Assembly (NCBI RefSeq): GCF_035594765.1
Contig: NC_085841.1
Coordinates: 52,373,636 to 52,437,635 of the forward strand
Length of the DNA: 64,000 bases
Direction: 5' to 3'
DNA from: Anolis carolinensis
Taxonomy: Eukaryota
Part shown: piece after piece, positions 25,999 through 39,052 of the stretch
How positions within the stretch are numbered: the stretch's first letter is position 1
Layout: each line of letters begins with the position of its first letter
Position numbers and translations under genes: made by a program
The notes under the pieces: model-generated
Seen by the model: the letters and a program-made list of their open reading frames with translations, nothing else
Told to the model about the DNA's origin: nothing
The model's database searches: none

Positions 25999-26321
25999 CT
26001 ACCTCATCAGAAGGGCTACTTGGCCCGTTGTATGTCGCTTGTCCTCCTCTTCCAGGATGGAGCCCATTACATGCTGCATGTGTACTTTTGGCTAGGCTCA
26101 TTCCACAAAGGGGAGACCAAGTGATATATGCCAACATGGGAGCCTTCCTGTTTTGCCTTACCAGCAATGGAAGTGGGCGGTGATGCTTCCCTCCCTCCAT
26201 GGGAAGGGGGCAAACGTAAATCACATGATGCGGGGCATGGAGCGATGGGTTCTCCACCTCCTCCCTGCAAGGACCCCATGGATTCACCATGATAAATCCA
26301 TGGGCCTTTATGATGAGGTCC
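25999..26321. mobile_element. Harbinger-like MITE
   Basis: Ends ACCTCATCA / TGATGAGGT, same TIR core as 7793-7961; flanks TAA / TAC. Confidence 0.55.
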
Positions 26322-28009
26322 TACTGTTGAATCATATATACATTGAGACACCTCAGGTTCTCTCGTCTACATGTCCTTATGAATGGAACAGCTAATATTT
26401 CAAAGAAAGCTATTTTAGGGGTCCCAACTATCACTGCTTTTGTTTCCAGGACCTTGTAACTACATGTTAAAGATTGGGAGGAGAAAAGGTATTAAAGAAC
26501 TGTGATCATGCCTGTGTTGTTGCACAAAACAGATAGGGGTGCAGGTAGGTCACCCCTGCATTATCAATGATAAATGAAATGAAACATTTTGTTCTCTTTT
26601 GGTTTAAAAATCAAGTGTGAAAGGACAGGTTCACAGAAAAAAACTAGTGGGTACTCTGTGTGCGTGCATATTTGCCTGCCTACATATGTACTAATAATAA
26701 ATCTTTTTAATGTCTCCATATTATTTAATCCTATAATTCTTTAAATACTAATACTGATAATCTCCACCAGCATTGCACCAGAAAAACAATTATTAGTTCT
26801 CAGTCTTTACTAGGGCTACTTAATGATTTTTCACATAGAGTAGTTGTGTTGATATACTGGATAATTGTTCTGTGTTTCTTCTCCATCTGTTCATCCATCA
26901 AGCTAGTAAACCTATTCATGGCTTACTTGCATAATGAGCAAATAAGCTACACAATATGCAGACATGGCTATCTGGATTTGAAGATCTAGAATATTGCAAA
27001 GCCATGAATAACAACAAATTGAAGCCTAGCACATTATACAAGGGCTGTGTCTCTTAAACAATGTTCATTGAAACAGTTGAGGCTGGTTTGTTTTCAAAAC
27101 CAATCCAACTGTTTACATTCCTCCCCTGTTTTCAGAATTATTTGTTTAACACCACATTAACTGCCAAGGCTTAATATTTATTCATTCAAAAATTAATGCT
27201 ATGGAATTTTGGGATTTGTAGATATTTACTCTTTTCAGAATAAATTCCAACAATCTATGAATCCTAGGATTCCATAGGATGGCCTTTTGGCAGTTAAAGT
27301 GGTTTCAAACTGCTAGAATTCTGCAGTGTGGGTGATCTCCAAATGTATCCGAGTGTAGAAAAAGAAAAACACTGTCATAAAAGAAAAAAAAAGAGTTGCG
27401 GACAAGGAGATAAAGTTTTGAGTGCAAGGGCTAGTGATGAGGAAAACGATGATGGGCTGCTTCACCTAGCATCCGAGGGCCTAAAACATGGAAGAAACTG
27501 GAATATGGTGTGTGTGTGTGTGACTGAATGACGTTTAAGGAAAATGCACACTGATTTGCATTAACAGCTGAAAAACACATGTTAAAAAGGTGCACTTAAA
27601 ATCCAGTTTTGGCCAAAAATGTGCACATTTGCATGACTGTATATCCCTGCAGTCAGGAAAAACATTACTTCAATCTCATATGCTAGTATGGACTGCTCCA
27701 GTGCATGTGAAGAGGGCTGTAAACAAATAGAGCCATGGACACACATATGGCTAAATGGGAGCACAATTGGAAAGCAATTACAACGAGAACTGTCTGCAAC
27801 CATTCCTGTATTCTAATGTTTATGAAATCAAACAGAGCTTGCATTTACAGGAGGGTGAGAAGAGATAATAAGAAATCGGCTTGTGTGCAGATTTAGATAT
27901 CCAAATCAGCACATATGAGGTCCAGTGTATATTGGAGAGTCAATTAAAAAAATTAAAAGTGAACTTCTGCTGGATGTCCCCCTGGATGTCTAAAATCCAC
28001 TACAAAGGG

Positions 28010-28662
28010 TGTCAGGATGCTGGGGGAGCATTTCATGGGATTGACAGCTCTGTGTTTGGACTTGCTGTCAGATCCTGTAATATTTTGCCCCACTTCTTTG
28101 ACACAGATTATGATGCTGCCTGGAAGCACCCTCAGTCAGGGGCAAGCAGAGAGGAGCAGTCTGACACTGAGGAATCTACCCCTGCAGAGCAGGACCAGGA
28201 ATTTCAGGGTACTGGGGACACAGTGTTGGGCCAGGATCAGGAGCTCCAAGAAGCAAACCAGGAGTTAATTATTTCAGTTAGGCTGCAATTAAGAGCTGAT
28301 GCCACCCAACTGAGGAGATCTAATCGGTTGGCTCAGAGGATGGCCAACAGGTGAGAGCACTTGGGAAAGTAGCATAAATAGCTGGAGGCTAGAGCTGGTG
28401 GTTTGCTGGGAGCAATGTTTGTAGAATTGCTACTGTTTGAATCTCTGTTGGTGAACTCTTGGATGAAGCTTTGACTGAACTATGTTTTTGGACTATGACT
28501 TAAATTGGTGAGATTGCTTGGCTTTGACCCTTGGAAAGAACTCTGGACTGGTTGTATGCTTTGCCTTATTGGACGGCTTGCTGTAAATGATTAAAGACTG
28601 CCTTTAACCATGAAACAGTAAGTGGGTGCATTAGCAGAGATTCTGTGTACAGGTCTTTGACA
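28010..28662 (+). mobile_element. Probable solo LTR (Gypsy-like)
   Basis: Termini TGTCA...TGACA; TATA-like CATAAATA ~28373 and ATTAAA ~28590; TSD not clean (AGGG/GGGA). Confidence 0.6.
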
Positions 28663-28993
28663 GGGACAAAGTGTGTGTGTGTGCGTGCGTGCACTGAAAT
28701 GAGGTTAGAACTTATGGTTTTTAATCCAGATGAAGTCGGGAATTACTAGTTTATCAATCAAGTTGTGTTCAGTCCATTTTACATAGGTCTCCTATACTAT
28801 ATCCTTAGGGTAATAACATCACAAATTAAAACAAGATCTAGAACTATAACACAGCTAACAGTATTCAATCACTGAAATTATAGATCACTGAAAGAAAAAA
28901 AGATATTTCCTTACTGTAACCACATTGTATTGAAATTGTTGATATGTTGATTTTAGCCTAGTGGTTGAAATTAGCTTGTATTTACTTAAATTA

Positions 28994-29587
28994 GCGTCCA
29001 CCCAGACAGGCCCAAAAACTGAGACCTGTCTAGGCATCCAAATTAATCCAGTAAAACCAAATTACTTATGAAGTAAACAGAGTTTCCCTTCCTAAAAGGT
29101 CTGGGTCTAATGGGGGATTGGGCCTATGGGGACTCACTACCGGGTAGCCTTGGAACTACTCAGGTGTGAGTCCCCATTGCTACCTTGCACCTTTTGGGCT
29201 TCTGGAGCCCAAAGGTGCAGAATGGAGCCCAAAGATGCAGAATGGCTTGCAGCCACCCCAAAGCCCCTCAAATTTCCCCCTAAAAATAAAGTTAAATTCT
29301 TCCTCACCCCACCCGGTCTTCTGGTGCATCATTTCCTCATGCTCTCCTGGTGCAAGGAGAACAGTTACGATGGCCAGGTAAGTTTTACTTTATTTTTAGG
29401 GAAACATTTGGGTGGGAGCTTTGGGGCGACTGCATGCTATCCTGACTGTAATCGGATTGGCATATAGCCACCCCCGCAGGAAAGCCCAAGTTTTTTTGGG
29501 GGGGGGGGAGTGTAGATGGAAATTTGTGCCAATGTGGGTTTCTTAAACCAGTACTAGTGTGGATTTTGGGCCTGTCTGGAAGTGCTC
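28994..29587. mobile_element. Harbinger-like non-autonomous element
   Basis: Inverted ends CCAGACAGGCCCAAAA / TTTTGGGCCTGTCTGG; flanks TTA / CTA. Confidence 0.7.
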
Positions 29588-30998
29588 CTAGTTCAAATAT
29601 TACAAATATAATTCAGTGAGTGACAACATCCTTTATTTTTCAGAGTAAATTGTAACTTTTAAAATTAATTTTAACTCAATGGAGTTACAATTCAAGTGCT
29701 GGTCTATGGTTTGTTTAGGATGTTAAGGAGAACATGACAAGTGTGGAAGAAAATGTATTTTGCATCACAAAACAGTGCTTGCAGCACGCACACACCTACA
29801 CATAATTATAAAAAAATAACTAAACACAAGTACTTTGCCTATCAGAAATGGAAAAACAAACAATATATTCTAAATATGCTTACAGCAATGTCAACTACCT
29901 GCTTTTGGCAACCTTGAAAAGATAATAACTCTTTAAAAGCACCAATTTAAGCTCTTTGTAGGATACATCCCATCATTTGCCATCATGTTATGCCTGAAAG
30001 ATATTTGGAGTAATACATGATTCACAGAGTATTTCTAAATATGGCTTTCCTCCAGTAAAATGGAAGAAACAGAATAGCTCCGAAGCCTCAGTATTCAGAA
30101 TGTCTGCTCCATGTATGTGAAAAACAGACATCCTCTCCCCCACCCCATGTCTGATAGAATCATATTTATACTTTGACAATAACAGGGGTTTTAAAGTCAA
30201 TCAAGATAAAATGACCAAAGCCTTGTTATTATCTTCAAAATACAATGTGATTCAATTGGACTTTGAAAAAAAGCACAGGGATGTCTATTTCTGTTGCTTC
30301 TGAAATAATACAAAGCCACATTTTAAAACAATTTTCAAATCCCATGATTACAATCAAAACCATAATTATATTTAAAAGTAACTGGTAAACAGGAAACAAG
30401 TTTTAAGATCAGAGGACACAATTCAGTTTCCTTTTACAATATATTTTTTAATTCATTATATTCATGCTTTCTTAAAAATATCCCATAAAATTCAGTGGGA
30501 TATACAGCATTAAAAGTGTAGATGGAATAAATAAAACAACATTAGGGTAAACATGATTTATTATTGGTATCTTAGTTTCTAGTAAATATTCTCATGCTTA
30601 ATGGGGAAAACATGTCTTGGATGCCTTGAAGTTATGCTACTTAACACTTTGATGCATCTTGTGTTTCCTCACATAAGATAAGATTATGTAAATATTTACA
30701 CCTGTAGTTGCAGTGAGCAGAAGCTGATGTGATGAAAGAATTAACTATGTATTTATTTGGGGTCTCTTCTACACTGATCTTCTACACATAGGTTGGTTCA
30801 GAACCTGTTTGTCAGGTTATGTGGTGCAGACGATTAGATAAGATTTCTGGGACAGGTTTGGGACCAGGAATGTGATTATATTAATCACAGAAAGTGACCT
30901 CAAACCAATTCCAGATCTGCATTGAGAGAATGTGTTTTTCTCTCTCTCTAATTTTCTGGTCAAGAGGAGGAAACAAGAAGGAAAAGTTCACTTACCAG

Positions 30999-31099
30999 CA
31001 GAGCCGGCCCTAGGTATTTTTCAAGTGTAGGCGAACAGAATTTTGGTGCCCCCCCCCCAACCAATCACTGAAAAATAAAAGCGTTGGATAAGTGAAAAT
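30999..31099. mobile_element. Single-end remnant of the chimeric hAT family at 12939-13743 (inverted)
   Basis: Near-exact reverse complement of ~13645-13743. Confidence 0.85.
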
Positions 31100-33850
31100 C
31101 AAATCAAAACCAGGGAAGAAGGTCTAAATCAAACCATTATGTCATAATAGGCAAATATTTGTTTTGTTAGTCTTTCTAACAAATATACCAGCCTTCTAGG
31201 ATTCAGAAGAGATTTTTCGGAAGTGTTGTTTGACATATAAAAAATCATGTATTTGTTTGTATGTGTATGCACGGATCTCTAAAATGTGATGCTAGAAAAT
31301 GTCCTGATGGTGTTGGAGGTAGTAATAATAATGTTTGCCCTGGTGAATTTGTCTCCTTCTGTTCTCTGTTATGCCTAACATTTGTTTCAATAGGCTTGCT
31401 GAAAAGCCATTAGGAAATGTTGCGAAGAAGTCAAAGGAGGGCAAAATGATGCATTTTCAATGTCTTGTAGCACATTCCCCCCTTGTTTGTTTTGCTTTCT
31501 GTTTTCTTTTAATCCCTTTAGGATAAAACTAGATTCCCACTTATTGTAGCTGGTTGATAATAAGGTATACTGAAGATAACAGGAGAGGAATAACATTATA
31601 AATCAGAGTGCTAAGTCTTCATTTTCATATCTGCTATTTCTTTACTTTTAAAAGGATATGAAGCACCTCGGAAAAGTATATATTTCATCTGATATTCTGA
31701 GCACTCTCATTTATTGAAATGAATTGGCTATATAAGTGATCGGAAAGAGGTAGAAGGTTCACAAGGGCAGCATTTCTAATCATAGCCTGGAGATGTAATG
31801 TACATTTCATACATAATTGGACAGAATGCAGAAATATAAAAATAGTTTTCAAATGTGGCTACAATGAGAAGTTTTGGGATTGTATGTTTCCTGAGTGGGC
31901 TCGTTTACCGGGTTCACAATGGGCCAAGTGACAGATGCTATTCAATTAGGAATCAAACTGAAGATGTCATTCACTTAGTAGCTGCATTGATATCTACAGA
32001 TAAATGTCGGGTGCAGGGCTTTAGATGCAAAGGCATCAGGGAGGGAGGGAGGCTTTAACCCTTTGCCTCCACATTTCTGGGTGTAATCTCCCTCTTCTTC
32101 CATATTCTGACTATTTTTAGCCTTCTTTTGGATGTAGATAACAGGCATTGGATGGAGAAAAATAACCTGAAAATCTATTCTTAAAAATACTGAACACTTG
32201 CTAGTGATGTCATGTTTACCTTCCCATGAAGGCCCAATCTACTCTTTCAGAGTTTCTACTCTTTTCTCTGTCATTTTTTTTAAAAAACCTAAAAATATTA
32301 GAGGTAACAAGAATTTTTGGACCTATTGTGATTTAAATGTAAGATTTAAAACATGTGCTATGCCTATTCCTAACTTCAATCTGTTTCAACTGGGAAAGAA
32401 ACTTCTAGCCACTCATGTCCATCCATGCACTGTTGCATAATGCTACTAGATAAAAAATGTATTTAATACACACTTGTCAGATGGCTTTCTGCCATACAGC
32501 TCTTAAGGGCACTGAAGTGACTCCTTCATATTTATGAACTGGCAAGCTGGAGCTGGAGCAGTTGCTTGTGTTCCATCTGAATGATGCAAGGAAGTGAAAC
32601 ACAGGCACAGCATGCATGGCACACGGACTTTATGAAATCTATCATTCTATGCCAAATATGAAAAAATAGAACAGAAACATGACAGTAAATATGTCTCATG
32701 GATGTCTCATTTAGATAGCCTTGTCCTTCATAACTAATGTGGCAGCTTGAAATGTGGACTTTGTTTTATTGATCCTCCCTTTGGATGCTTCTCACCTCCC
32801 TAAGAACAGAGGAAGGATTCAGTTCACGTAATCAGGCCTTTATGATTTTATCAAAAACACACTCATCTCATATCTCTTCCAGGTGCTGACTACAGGTGCT
32901 AGAATACTACGCATGTGGTATTTTTTCCCCCCAGGGTGACATTTTAATGTGTCAGGTAATGCTGCCAGATGTGCTGCAAATTTTGTTTGATGCCTTGCTT
33001 TTTCCTCCTCTTTATTTACAGCCACACCCCTTAGAATAAGAGAATCACTGTTTTATGGCCCATCAATAAAATCTGCTGCCTGTATCTGAAAGAGACAGAG
33101 AAAGACTCGGAGAGACAGAGAGCAGGAGGAAAGTGAAAAAGGCAGCAATGGAAGGGAGGGAGAGACTCGAATAAGAGATGGTAGAATGGTGTCACCTAAA
33201 AGTGGAGTGGGCAACCCGAAGATATGGAATGATGCCAGCTCAAAAAGCTATATAATTTTATCCATGCCCCACACTCATCCAAAGTTGGTTTTAGGGTTGA
33301 TCTTTCTGTGTAAATTGTTATTTTAACTTGTATTGTCATATTTCCCCCCTTTATTTGTACTATTGTTGTATAGATGATTGTAAAAACATTGGAGATGAGT
33401 GACTAATATTGACTGACCCATGGAATAATGAGACCACACACGTAAACTGGATTAAAATATGGATGACTTTGTTTAAACTGTTACCTCTTTAATTATTCCT
33501 AGAGATGACCTAGAGCAGGAGCCTGGCCGCAACCTAGTACAGGAGCAACTGGAGCAGCAGGTTTCCATTATGCCTCCACTCCAGCTTCTTCTGAGTAAAA
33601 CACCTGAAATTGCAAAAACAGGGAGTTCCCAAGTTATGAACAAGATTTGTTCTGTAAGTTTATTCTTAAGTTGATTTTGTTTGTAAGTCGTAAAAGGTAC
33701 ATTTTAAAAAGTGCGACTTCAGCCATATACAAACACAGTGTTCCCTCACTACTTCACAGTTCACTTTTTGCAGACTCGCTGTTTCACGGGAAATTTTATT
33801 ATTTATTTACCCCATTGCAGCTTCTCCTCCTCAGGGCTGCCCCCTTAATT

Positions 33851-34325
33851 TGTGCCTTCCATGTTGCTCTGGTTGCCTCTGCTCCTGTAGCCATGGAAGA
33901 AGGAACACCGCTCTGCCCGGTGAGTGCGTGAGCGAGCGAGTGAGGGAGAGTGAGAGAGAGAGTGAGGGCGAGCGGCGGCGGCAGAAGCAGAAGCCTGGAA
34001 GAGGCACCCAGGCTCCTGCTCCTACCGCCGCTCCAGCCGGGCTATGCCAGGAAACATGGAAGACTCAAAAGAGGGGGACAGAGTCCTCCATGAGTCCCAC
34101 TCCCTCTTCCGAGTCCTCCACATTTCCCGGCGTGGCCTGGCTGGAGCGGCGGCAGAAGCAGAAGCTTGGCTGCCTCTTCCATGCTCCTGTTTCTGCCACT
34201 GCTTCCACCCACCCTCACTCTCTTACCCACCCTCCCTCGCTTGCTTGCTCACTCACTGGGCAGAGTGGCGTTCCTTCTTCACTGGCTGCAGGAGCAGAGG
34301 CAGCCAGAGCAGCATGGCAGGCACA
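33851..34325. repeat. ~475-bp GC-rich imperfect palindrome
   Basis: Arms pair from TGTGCCTTCCATGTTGCTCTGG / CCAGAGCAGCATGGCAGGCACA inward to a centre near 34085. Confidence 0.88.
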
Positions 34326-34414
34326 GAGAAGGAGGCCCACCGGTGCTGGTAGGGAAGGCTTCACTGGCTCCCTGGGGATTGCAAGGGGGAGAAAGGTCAC
34401 CTAACTATTAAAAT

Positions 34415-34660
34415 AATGTATTTATTTATTTATTATTTACAGTATTTCCATTCCGCTCTTCTCACCTCGAAGGGGACTCAGGGCAGATCACAATGCACAT
34501 ATACATGGCAAACATTCAATGCCATTAGACATACGACATATATAGACAAACACAGAGGCAATTTAACATTTTTCAGCTTCGGCTTCATGAGGGTTCCTTG
34601 ATTCCGGCCACAGGGGGAACTGCCGCTTCACTTACCACTTGTGACACCAAGTCCTTGATG
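34415..34660 (-). mobile_element. 3' part of an L2-tailed SINE (related to 46578-47045)
   Basis: (TTTA)n plus CTTCTCACCTCGAAGGGGACTCAGGGCAGATCACA is the reverse complement of the 46578 element tail. Confidence 0.8.
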
Positions 34661-34924
34661 GATGTATAAATATTAAAATAATAATAGAATTCCTACTTCA
34701 CAGATTTTCACTTTTCGTGTGTTGTCCTGTGTTGTGGGTGCTCCTGTTCAGAAGATTTTACCCCCTTTCTGTCCTTATGATAATTAGATTTTGAAAAAAT
34801 TGACTTGTTGTGGAAACAAGAAGTTTCAGTGGGGACCTCTTTTTCTCATGTTAAGTCTTTCAGGAGTGAATTTCCTTTCTGAGGGGTAAATTTCACTCAC
34901 TTCCTGTTGCCTCACCCCCGTTCT

Positions 34925-35055
34925 ACATGAGAGAAGCCTCCCACAAGGATGGTAAAACATCAAACATCCAGGCATCCCCTGGGCAGCGTCCTTACAGACA
35001 GCCAATTTTCTCACACCAGAAGCAATTTGTAGTTTCTCAAGTCACTCCTGATACA
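34925..35055 (+). mobile_element. 3' fragment of a tRNA-derived SINE (same family as 47357-47590)
   Basis: CATGAGAGAAGCCTCCCACAAGGATGGTAAAACATCAAACATCC shared with 47474-47520. Confidence 0.8.
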
Positions 35056-35651
35056 CACACACACAAAACAATAAAACCCCATTCTTAACTATTAGTTGTT
35101 TATATGTCTGATGTTTGTAACTTGGGGACTGCTTGTATTGGGTAGAGACTCTTTGTAAATTCTTCCTATATTGAAATTGAAATATATTATCTGTATACAT
35201 TTTCTATAATGCTTCCATTTATTTACATACTTTTCCAAATGTATGTATTTTGGTATGCATTGTACCCATACCCATGGAGTGAGCATTCTTATGTATCCTT
35301 TTTTGTCGTACCAATTTGTGCATATTTGACAATGATAATACAATTTCCTATGCATAAAATGTATAGAAAATTCTGAGTCAAGGTGAACTTTGTCTTATGA
35401 AGAGTTGAGAGATGCAAAATAAATAATTTCGGCAAAAAGATTAAAACTTTGTTTATAAAATGAATCGGGCCTTATCAATGAAACTTATGGCACAGAACTC
35501 TGTGCAAGTTCCGTTAATGGTGTTTGAGTTGTGACAGAATATTTGTGCACACAAAAAACTGAAATACAGGCTATATACCAGCTGATAGGGAAAGAACAAA
35601 TTGAGTAAATTGCACTGTGTGTCTCATAGAAGAACATTTGGTTTTTGATAC

Positions 35652-36500
35652 TGTAAGGATGTTATGAGTTAACAGAAATTATTAATTTGATTTTATTTGT
35701 TTGTTAAAAAATAAAATAAAAGGAGTTATATATTAACGAAGGCAGGCCTCGCATAGAAGCCAGCTGGAAACAGTATACAACAGGTTGCCATAGCAACATA
35801 GCCTCTCTTTGGAGGAGAAGGGGTGTGGCTTAGTTGGCAGTTAAAGCTTAAACCCTTTTAAAAAAAGAAGTAGTTGCTGTTCGACTTTTGAGGAAGTGAG
35901 GGGCTGTTTGAATCAGCTGAAGAGAAGTTGCTCTTTGACAGCTTAGAAAAGCTGGGAAATTGAGGCTTGTTCACACAAGCAGATGGCAGCTTATTGTCAT
36001 TCAGGGAAAGGCTGAGGATATAAGCTGATCGGGAGTTTAGTCTAGAGGGAGTTGGTTTAAAAAAAAGAAAAGAAAATCAATCCACGGCTTGATTGTTAAA
36101 GTGATAGTTAGATCACTGTTCTTTGAAGAGAAGTTGTTTAAGAAGTATTCATACAAATAAGACTGCACTGTAACTCAAGATCCTGAAACGTCTATATATT
36201 GCAACCACAAGCTTATGTACAAATAAACTTGAACTTCGTTGTTGTTCATAAAGATCAGTCTCCTTGCCTCACTCTGCGCCTGAGGAAAAGCCATTACCAT
36301 TTACCATTTACCATTTATCATTTACGTTAAAAGACATTACCTCACGTTGGTGGCAGTTACCGTACCTTCTTATATAAGTTACCATATTTACTCATATAAA
36401 TTCCTCAGTTCTGTTATCCTTCCTTATCCTCCAGATCCTCCTGATATATATATACTCCCTCCAGACATATTTTCCCTCCATATTTTAAGGACGGTTTACA
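35652..36500 (+). mobile_element. Solo LTR (849 bp)
   Basis: Termini TGTAA...TTACA; perfect 5-bp TSD GATAC (35647-35651, 36501-36505); AATAAA ~36222. Confidence 0.85.
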
Positions 36501-37504
36501 GATACTTTCTACATTACTTGTGAAAAACTGCAATTTGAAATTCTAAACATTATTGTTACTGCAGAATTGGTTCTTATTTAAGAGGAAATTTCAGTGACCA
36601 CCTCCTAATGGCCACCATTTTATATTTTCCTTAACAGTATTAAGAGAGAGAGTTTTGTCCTCCCCAAGTTAGTATATTTGGAGACTCAGCTATTTGAACA
36701 ATGTGTCTAGGATTTTCCACCCTGTATGTTAGTCTTCCTTTCTGCAGTTCTTCAAGCATGCTTTCATTAAATTATAACTTTTCTAAATGAAAAGTCCCAG
36801 CCTTTTACATCTCTCTTTATTTGGACACATTTTCCATTCCTGTAATCCATTTGTTGAAACCCTTCTATTTCTATGATAGTGTGATCATAATTAAACTCAG
36901 CCTTGCATGTATAACAGTGATTAATATAATAAGCTATAATGTTGTCTGTCTTCTCCCATGAGTGGTTACTGTTAATTTAAATCTCTAGCTTCAGAAAGTA
37001 CAGCATTGTATAGCATTAAAACAGAAACAAAACCCACACAATATATTTTGGCATCACTGGAGTCAAGACATTCCCTCTTTCCTTCAGTTATTTTTGGACT
37101 GCAACCACTTGATACACTAATTGAGTGGAAAAGAACAACTACATTTCTCAACAAATGAAATGTTTAGTATTGATATACATTCAATGAAAAAGGTGGCTAA
37201 GCAAATTTGCTTCTAAATATGTCTGGCTAGACTTCCAGTTAGCAGAGAAGCTGTGAAATTTCAAACACTGGAGGGTTTTTTTGGATGGAATCCTAAAGTA
37301 TGGTTTAATATTATGTGAATGAGACTAATGAAGCCTATGGTTGCCAGGTTTCAAAATAGCAATAACTCAAAGCAAATTTTATGATGCATAGGGCTGATAA
37401 TTAGGAAGTGGTGGTAAAAAAAGTCTTTTAGGTGCGACAGGCAGTTTTAAATAGCAGGCCTCTGTGCTGAGTTCTTCCTTCTCTGGTATGAATCATGCAA
37501 CTAA

Positions 37505-37654
37505 GGCTGGATTAACACTGCCACATAATCCAGTTTCAGAATGCAGATTAATCTCATTGACCTGGATTATATGGCAGCGCGGATTCATATAATCCAGTTC
37601 AATGCAGTTAATCTGAATTCTGAAACTGAATTATATGGCAGTGTAAATCCAGCC
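37505..37654. mobile_element. Palindromic Harbinger-like MITE
   Basis: GGCTGGATTAACACTGCC / GGCAGTGTAAATCCAGCC with pairing along almost the whole length; flanks TAA / TTA. Confidence 0.85.
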
Positions 37655-38499
37655 TTAGTTGCATGATTCTTCGATTCAAGTTACGCATCTGCACTTTGTG
37701 CATCTGAGTTATTTCTAATCACCTGATGGTCATCTGTGCATATAAATCTGTTTGCTGAAGTAACTTTTCATGCATCCTATTAAGGGGATCGATCCCCCAA
37801 TTTATGTGATAATAAAATTGAGTGACCTTTAAGGTGCCACAAGACAATGGTTCTAAACTATTAAACCGAGTTCTTCCTTCTCTGGCCTTGCTATTACCAT
37901 GTAGGACATGAAGCTATTCCACAGCAGTTGCACAAACACAAAATATTACTGAAAAAAACTGGCTTGGGAATAGCAAGGGCAAAAGAAGAGAAGAGGCAGT
38001 GATTCTTGCCTACTGACAAAGAACTGAATGGCCTCTTGTGGGTTGGCAGCTACTGACAGGTTTTTTTCCATCAATAGTGGAGGACAGATTAATTATGGGT
38101 AGGAGTTAGAGCAGTAACAGGATGTGTATGGCATCATGCAATAGGGACCATTAATAAAGGTGCTGGTCCTGCTTCACTGCCAATTTGCCTCCCTCATGTG
38201 GTAACTTATAATGTTACAAAGAAGTTTTTTTTAGAAATTACGGTGTACATTCTCTTCATGAACCTTGCCTAACAATTAGCAAATCATTAGCTGTACAACA
38301 TAGAGAAGGCTCATTAGGAAATCTTGCAACGAGGGGGGATTTGAAACCCAGCACTTTAGCTTCTACATTATGGTGATTCTGATAATTACTTATTGTTACA
38401 CTAACAAGTAACAAAATTACCAGGCATTATGCTATTTTACCAAAAAATAGTTTTGCGGAACAGGTAATGTTGTTATTTGTAATGTGCTAATTCTAAGAT

Positions 38500-38801
38500 G
38501 GAGCCCCCAGAGGTGCAGTGGGTTAAACTGTTGAACCGCTGAACTTGTTTACCAAAAGGTCGGTAGTTTGAATCTCGCTTTTAGCCCCAGCTTCTGCCAA
38601 CCTAGCAGAATGTGAGTAGATCAATAGGTACCGCTCCAATGGGAAGGTAATGGTGCTAGATGCAGTCATGCTGGCCACATGACCTTGAAGGTGTCTACGG
38701 AAAACTCTGGGTCTTTGTCTTAGAAATTGAGATGAGCACATACCCCCAGAGTTGGACACGACTGGACTTAATTTCAGGGGAAAACCTTTACCTTTACCTA
38801 C
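38500..38801 (+). mobile_element. Sauria SINE (internal deletions)
   Basis: tRNA-like head GGAGCCCCCAGAGGTGCAGTGGGTTAAAC, B-box-like GTTTGAATC, (ACCTTT)n tail; TSD TAATTCTAAGAT/TAATTATAAGAT. Confidence 0.9.
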
Positions 38802-39052
38802 TTAATTATAAGATCTTTTTTCACACATAATGTTAAACTGTAGTTAATTGCAAATGGAAACCATTGTCTTCCTTGCTTTCAATATGTGAGCAAAAGTTTC
38901 TGCAGTAAACTATTATCTACCATTCTGTGAATAAGCCTGGATGATCCTATGTAACAACATCACTAAATGTAGCCACTGACTCCTAGCAATGGAATTGTGA
39001 TCTTGCACATTAATGGTTGTAAACTTCTTTGCTTCAGGAAATGCCAAAGTTG

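Larger units (their letters stand above)
33619..35135. mobile_element. Tigger-like element hosting a second MITE, a long palindrome and SINE fragments
   Basis: TIRs CAGGGAGTTCCCAAGTTATGAACA / TGTTTGTAACTTGGGGACTGCTTG then TA; a second TIR-like start CAGTGTTCCCTCACTAC at ~33736. Confidence 0.65.

Noticed and set aside
27881-28354. 157-aa ORF with acidic and Gln-rich stretch
   Set aside because: Crosses into a probable solo LTR; not a host gene.
33850-34411. Cluster of ORFs up to 184 aa
   Set aside because: By-product of the GC-rich palindrome.
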